Positions 31,508-32,751 of a DNA stretch of 32,751 bases are shown in pieces. The stretch is taken from IMG/VR virus record IMGVR_UViG_3300045988_100063, positions 1-32,751 of that record; one strand, written 5' to 3'. A program made the position numbers and the translations under genes. Source of the stretch: a virus. The notes below the pieces were generated by a model. It was given only the letters and a program-made list of their open reading frames with translations, had not been told where the DNA came from and searched no databases. How positions within the stretch are numbered: position 1 is the stretch's first letter; each line of letters starts with the position of its first letter.

Positions 31508-32751
31508 GTGGAGAAAGCTAAAAAATACGCTCAACACGTTCTGGACCATCAAGAAGAGCATTGTGAAGAAAACATTCTGGCAGCATCACGCTTCCTGAAA
31601 GATTTAGACAATCCAGAGTTTGAGATGGATGAAGACATGGTTGATTTTGTTGTCCATTTCATCGAACACACAATTGTCCATCAGCAGGGTGATGATATGT
31701 TTGCGGTCTCTATCCGTAACAAGCCCTTGTTACTTCAACCGTGGCAACATTTTGTTGTGGTCAATCTCTTTGGCTTCTACATCAAGGGAACGAATGAGAG
31801 ACGTTTCAAAGAAGCCTTGATCATGCTTGCCAGAAAGAATGGCAAGACTTCCTTCACTGCCGCAATCGCTTTGGCTTATCAGATTCTTGATACAGATAGC
31901 GGTTCAAAATGCTATATTGTAGCCAATTCTGTCAAGCAAGCCTTGGAAGCCTTTGGATTCTTGAGGTTCAATGTTGAGCGATGGAATGACAAGAACATCC
32001 GTATCAAAGATAACAACCAAGAACACTCCATCACTGCCAATTTTGGCAAGGAGGGTTCATTTTTCATCCAAGCACTAGCCAATGATGAAAGCCGGCTTGA
32101 CTCTCTCAATGGGAATGTCATCATCCTAGATGAGGCACATACCATGAGGAACTCCAAGAAATACGGTCTTATGAAAAAAACAATGTCAGCATACCGGAAC
32201 AGTATGCTTTTTGTTATATCCACAGCCGGGGACATTCCAACAGGCTTCCTTGCTAACCGTCTGAAATACTGTCAGAAAGTGCTGAAAGATTTAGTCAAAG
32301 ATGATTCATTCTTCATCTTTATCTGTAAGGCAAATCAGGCCACTGATGGAGATGTGGGAGACTACTTGGATGAGAATGTGTTGAAGATGGCTAATCCGTC
32401 ATGGGGTGTGACTGTCTCACTAAAAGCCCTCAAGGAAGAAGCAGAACAAGCTTTGAATGATCCACAGACCAGAAATGAGTTCTTCAATAAGACACTGAAT
32501 GTCTTCACCAACTCAATGAACGCTTATTTCAACCCTGATGAGTTCATTGCTAGTGATGACTGTTATGACTGGACAATTGAGGAGCTTGCAAGGCTTCCTA
32601 TTCGATGGTATGGAGGAGCTGACCTCTCAAGACTGCATGACTTGACCGCTGCTGCCCTCTATGGTGTATATAACGATGGTAAAAAAGATATTGATATCTG
32701 TATCACACACGCTTTCTTTCCTCGTGTCAATGCTCAAAAGAAAGCCAATGA
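31508..32751 (+). CDS. terL: Terminase large subunit, N-terminal part (3'-truncated by the window; continues at base 56 after the 55-bp overlap)
   Basis: GTG 31508 lies 1 nt after the terS stop. Walker A is 'ARKNGKTS' and Walker B is 'VIILDE'. The frame is open to the window end. This ORF is missing from the track because it has no stop in the window. Confidence 0.9.
   Translation, partial: MEKAKKYAQHVLDHQEEHCEENILAASRFLKDLDNPEFEMDEDMVDFVVHFIEHTIVHQQGDDMFAVSIRNKPLLLQPWQHFVVVNLFGFYIKGTNERRFKEALIMLARKNGKTSFTAAIALAYQILDTDSGSKCYIVANSVKQALEAFGFLRFNVERWNDKNIRIKDNNQEHSITANFGKEGSFFIQALANDESRLDSLNGNVIILDEAHTMRNSKKYGLMKKTMSAYRNSMLFVISTAGDIPTGFLANRLKYCQKVLKDLVKDDSFFIFICKANQATDGDVGDYLDENVLKMANPSWGVTVSLKALKEEAEQALNDPQTRNEFFNKTLNVFTNSMNAYFNPDEFIASDDCYDWTIEELARLPIRWYGGADLSRLHDLTAAALYGVYNDGKKDIDICITHAFFPRVNAQKKAN
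32697..32751. repeat. 55-bp exact duplicate of bases 1-55 (circular-closure overlap)
   Basis: Base-by-base comparison shows identity. It lies inside the terL coding sequence. Confidence 0.95.

Noticed and set aside
31620-32235. ORFs 31620-31820 (+) and 31912-32235 (-) in the last 1.2 kb
   Set aside because: Both lie inside the open-ended terL frame, which has Walker A and B motifs. That frame is missing from the track only because it has no in-window stop.
32697-32751. The 55-bp terminal direct repeat as genuine phage terminal redundancy or a cos end
   Set aside because: It lies inside the terL coding sequence and the reading frame continues through it. A separate cos-like region sits between HNH and terS. 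An assembly overlap of a circular contig is the simpler explanation.

Overview
The window is a complete, circularly closed temperate siphovirus genome of 32,696 bp. Bases 1-55 are identical to 32697-32751, and the large-terminase reading frame runs in phase across that junction. The gene content looks like a phage of a low-GC Gram-positive host, probably Streptococcus-like, but I could not run any search to confirm this.

Gene order on the + strand:
- HNH endonuclease, a cos-like region, TerS (P27-type) and TerL
- HK97-type portal, prohead protease and capsid, then head-tail connectors
- major tail protein, tail chaperone with a -1 frameshift, tape measure, Dit, and a 1422-aa Tal/receptor-binding fusion
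- two holins and a CHAP-SH3b endolysin
- a post-lysin accessory gene, then the attP region

The lysogeny module is on the - strand: integrase, a membrane-anchored Sie-like protein, an ImmA/IrrE protease and a cI-like repressor. It is followed by a four-operator switch and + strand early genes: cro-like, Bro/KilAC antirepressor, Xis-like HTH, DUF3310, SSB, replisome organizer with internal ori-like repeats, MazG-like, DUF1281-like, an orphan methyltransferase and an ArpU/RinA-type late regulator.

The most interesting accessory content:
1. A reverse-oriented, self-contained transcription unit (21833-22567) encodes a zinc-ribbon + DUF4145 (HEPN-like) protein. It is a candidate single-gene defence or abortive-infection module.
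2. A 2.3-kb cassette sits between ArpU and HNH. It carries tRNA-Lys(UUU), a second N-terminally minimal tyrosine recombinase, DUF1642, YopX and a lipoprotein. It is bracketed by two direct copies of a 46-bp palindrome-plus-(-10) module that show compensatory substitutions in the palindrome arms.

All functional calls come from reading the translated ORFs and motifs by eye. No database search was possible.
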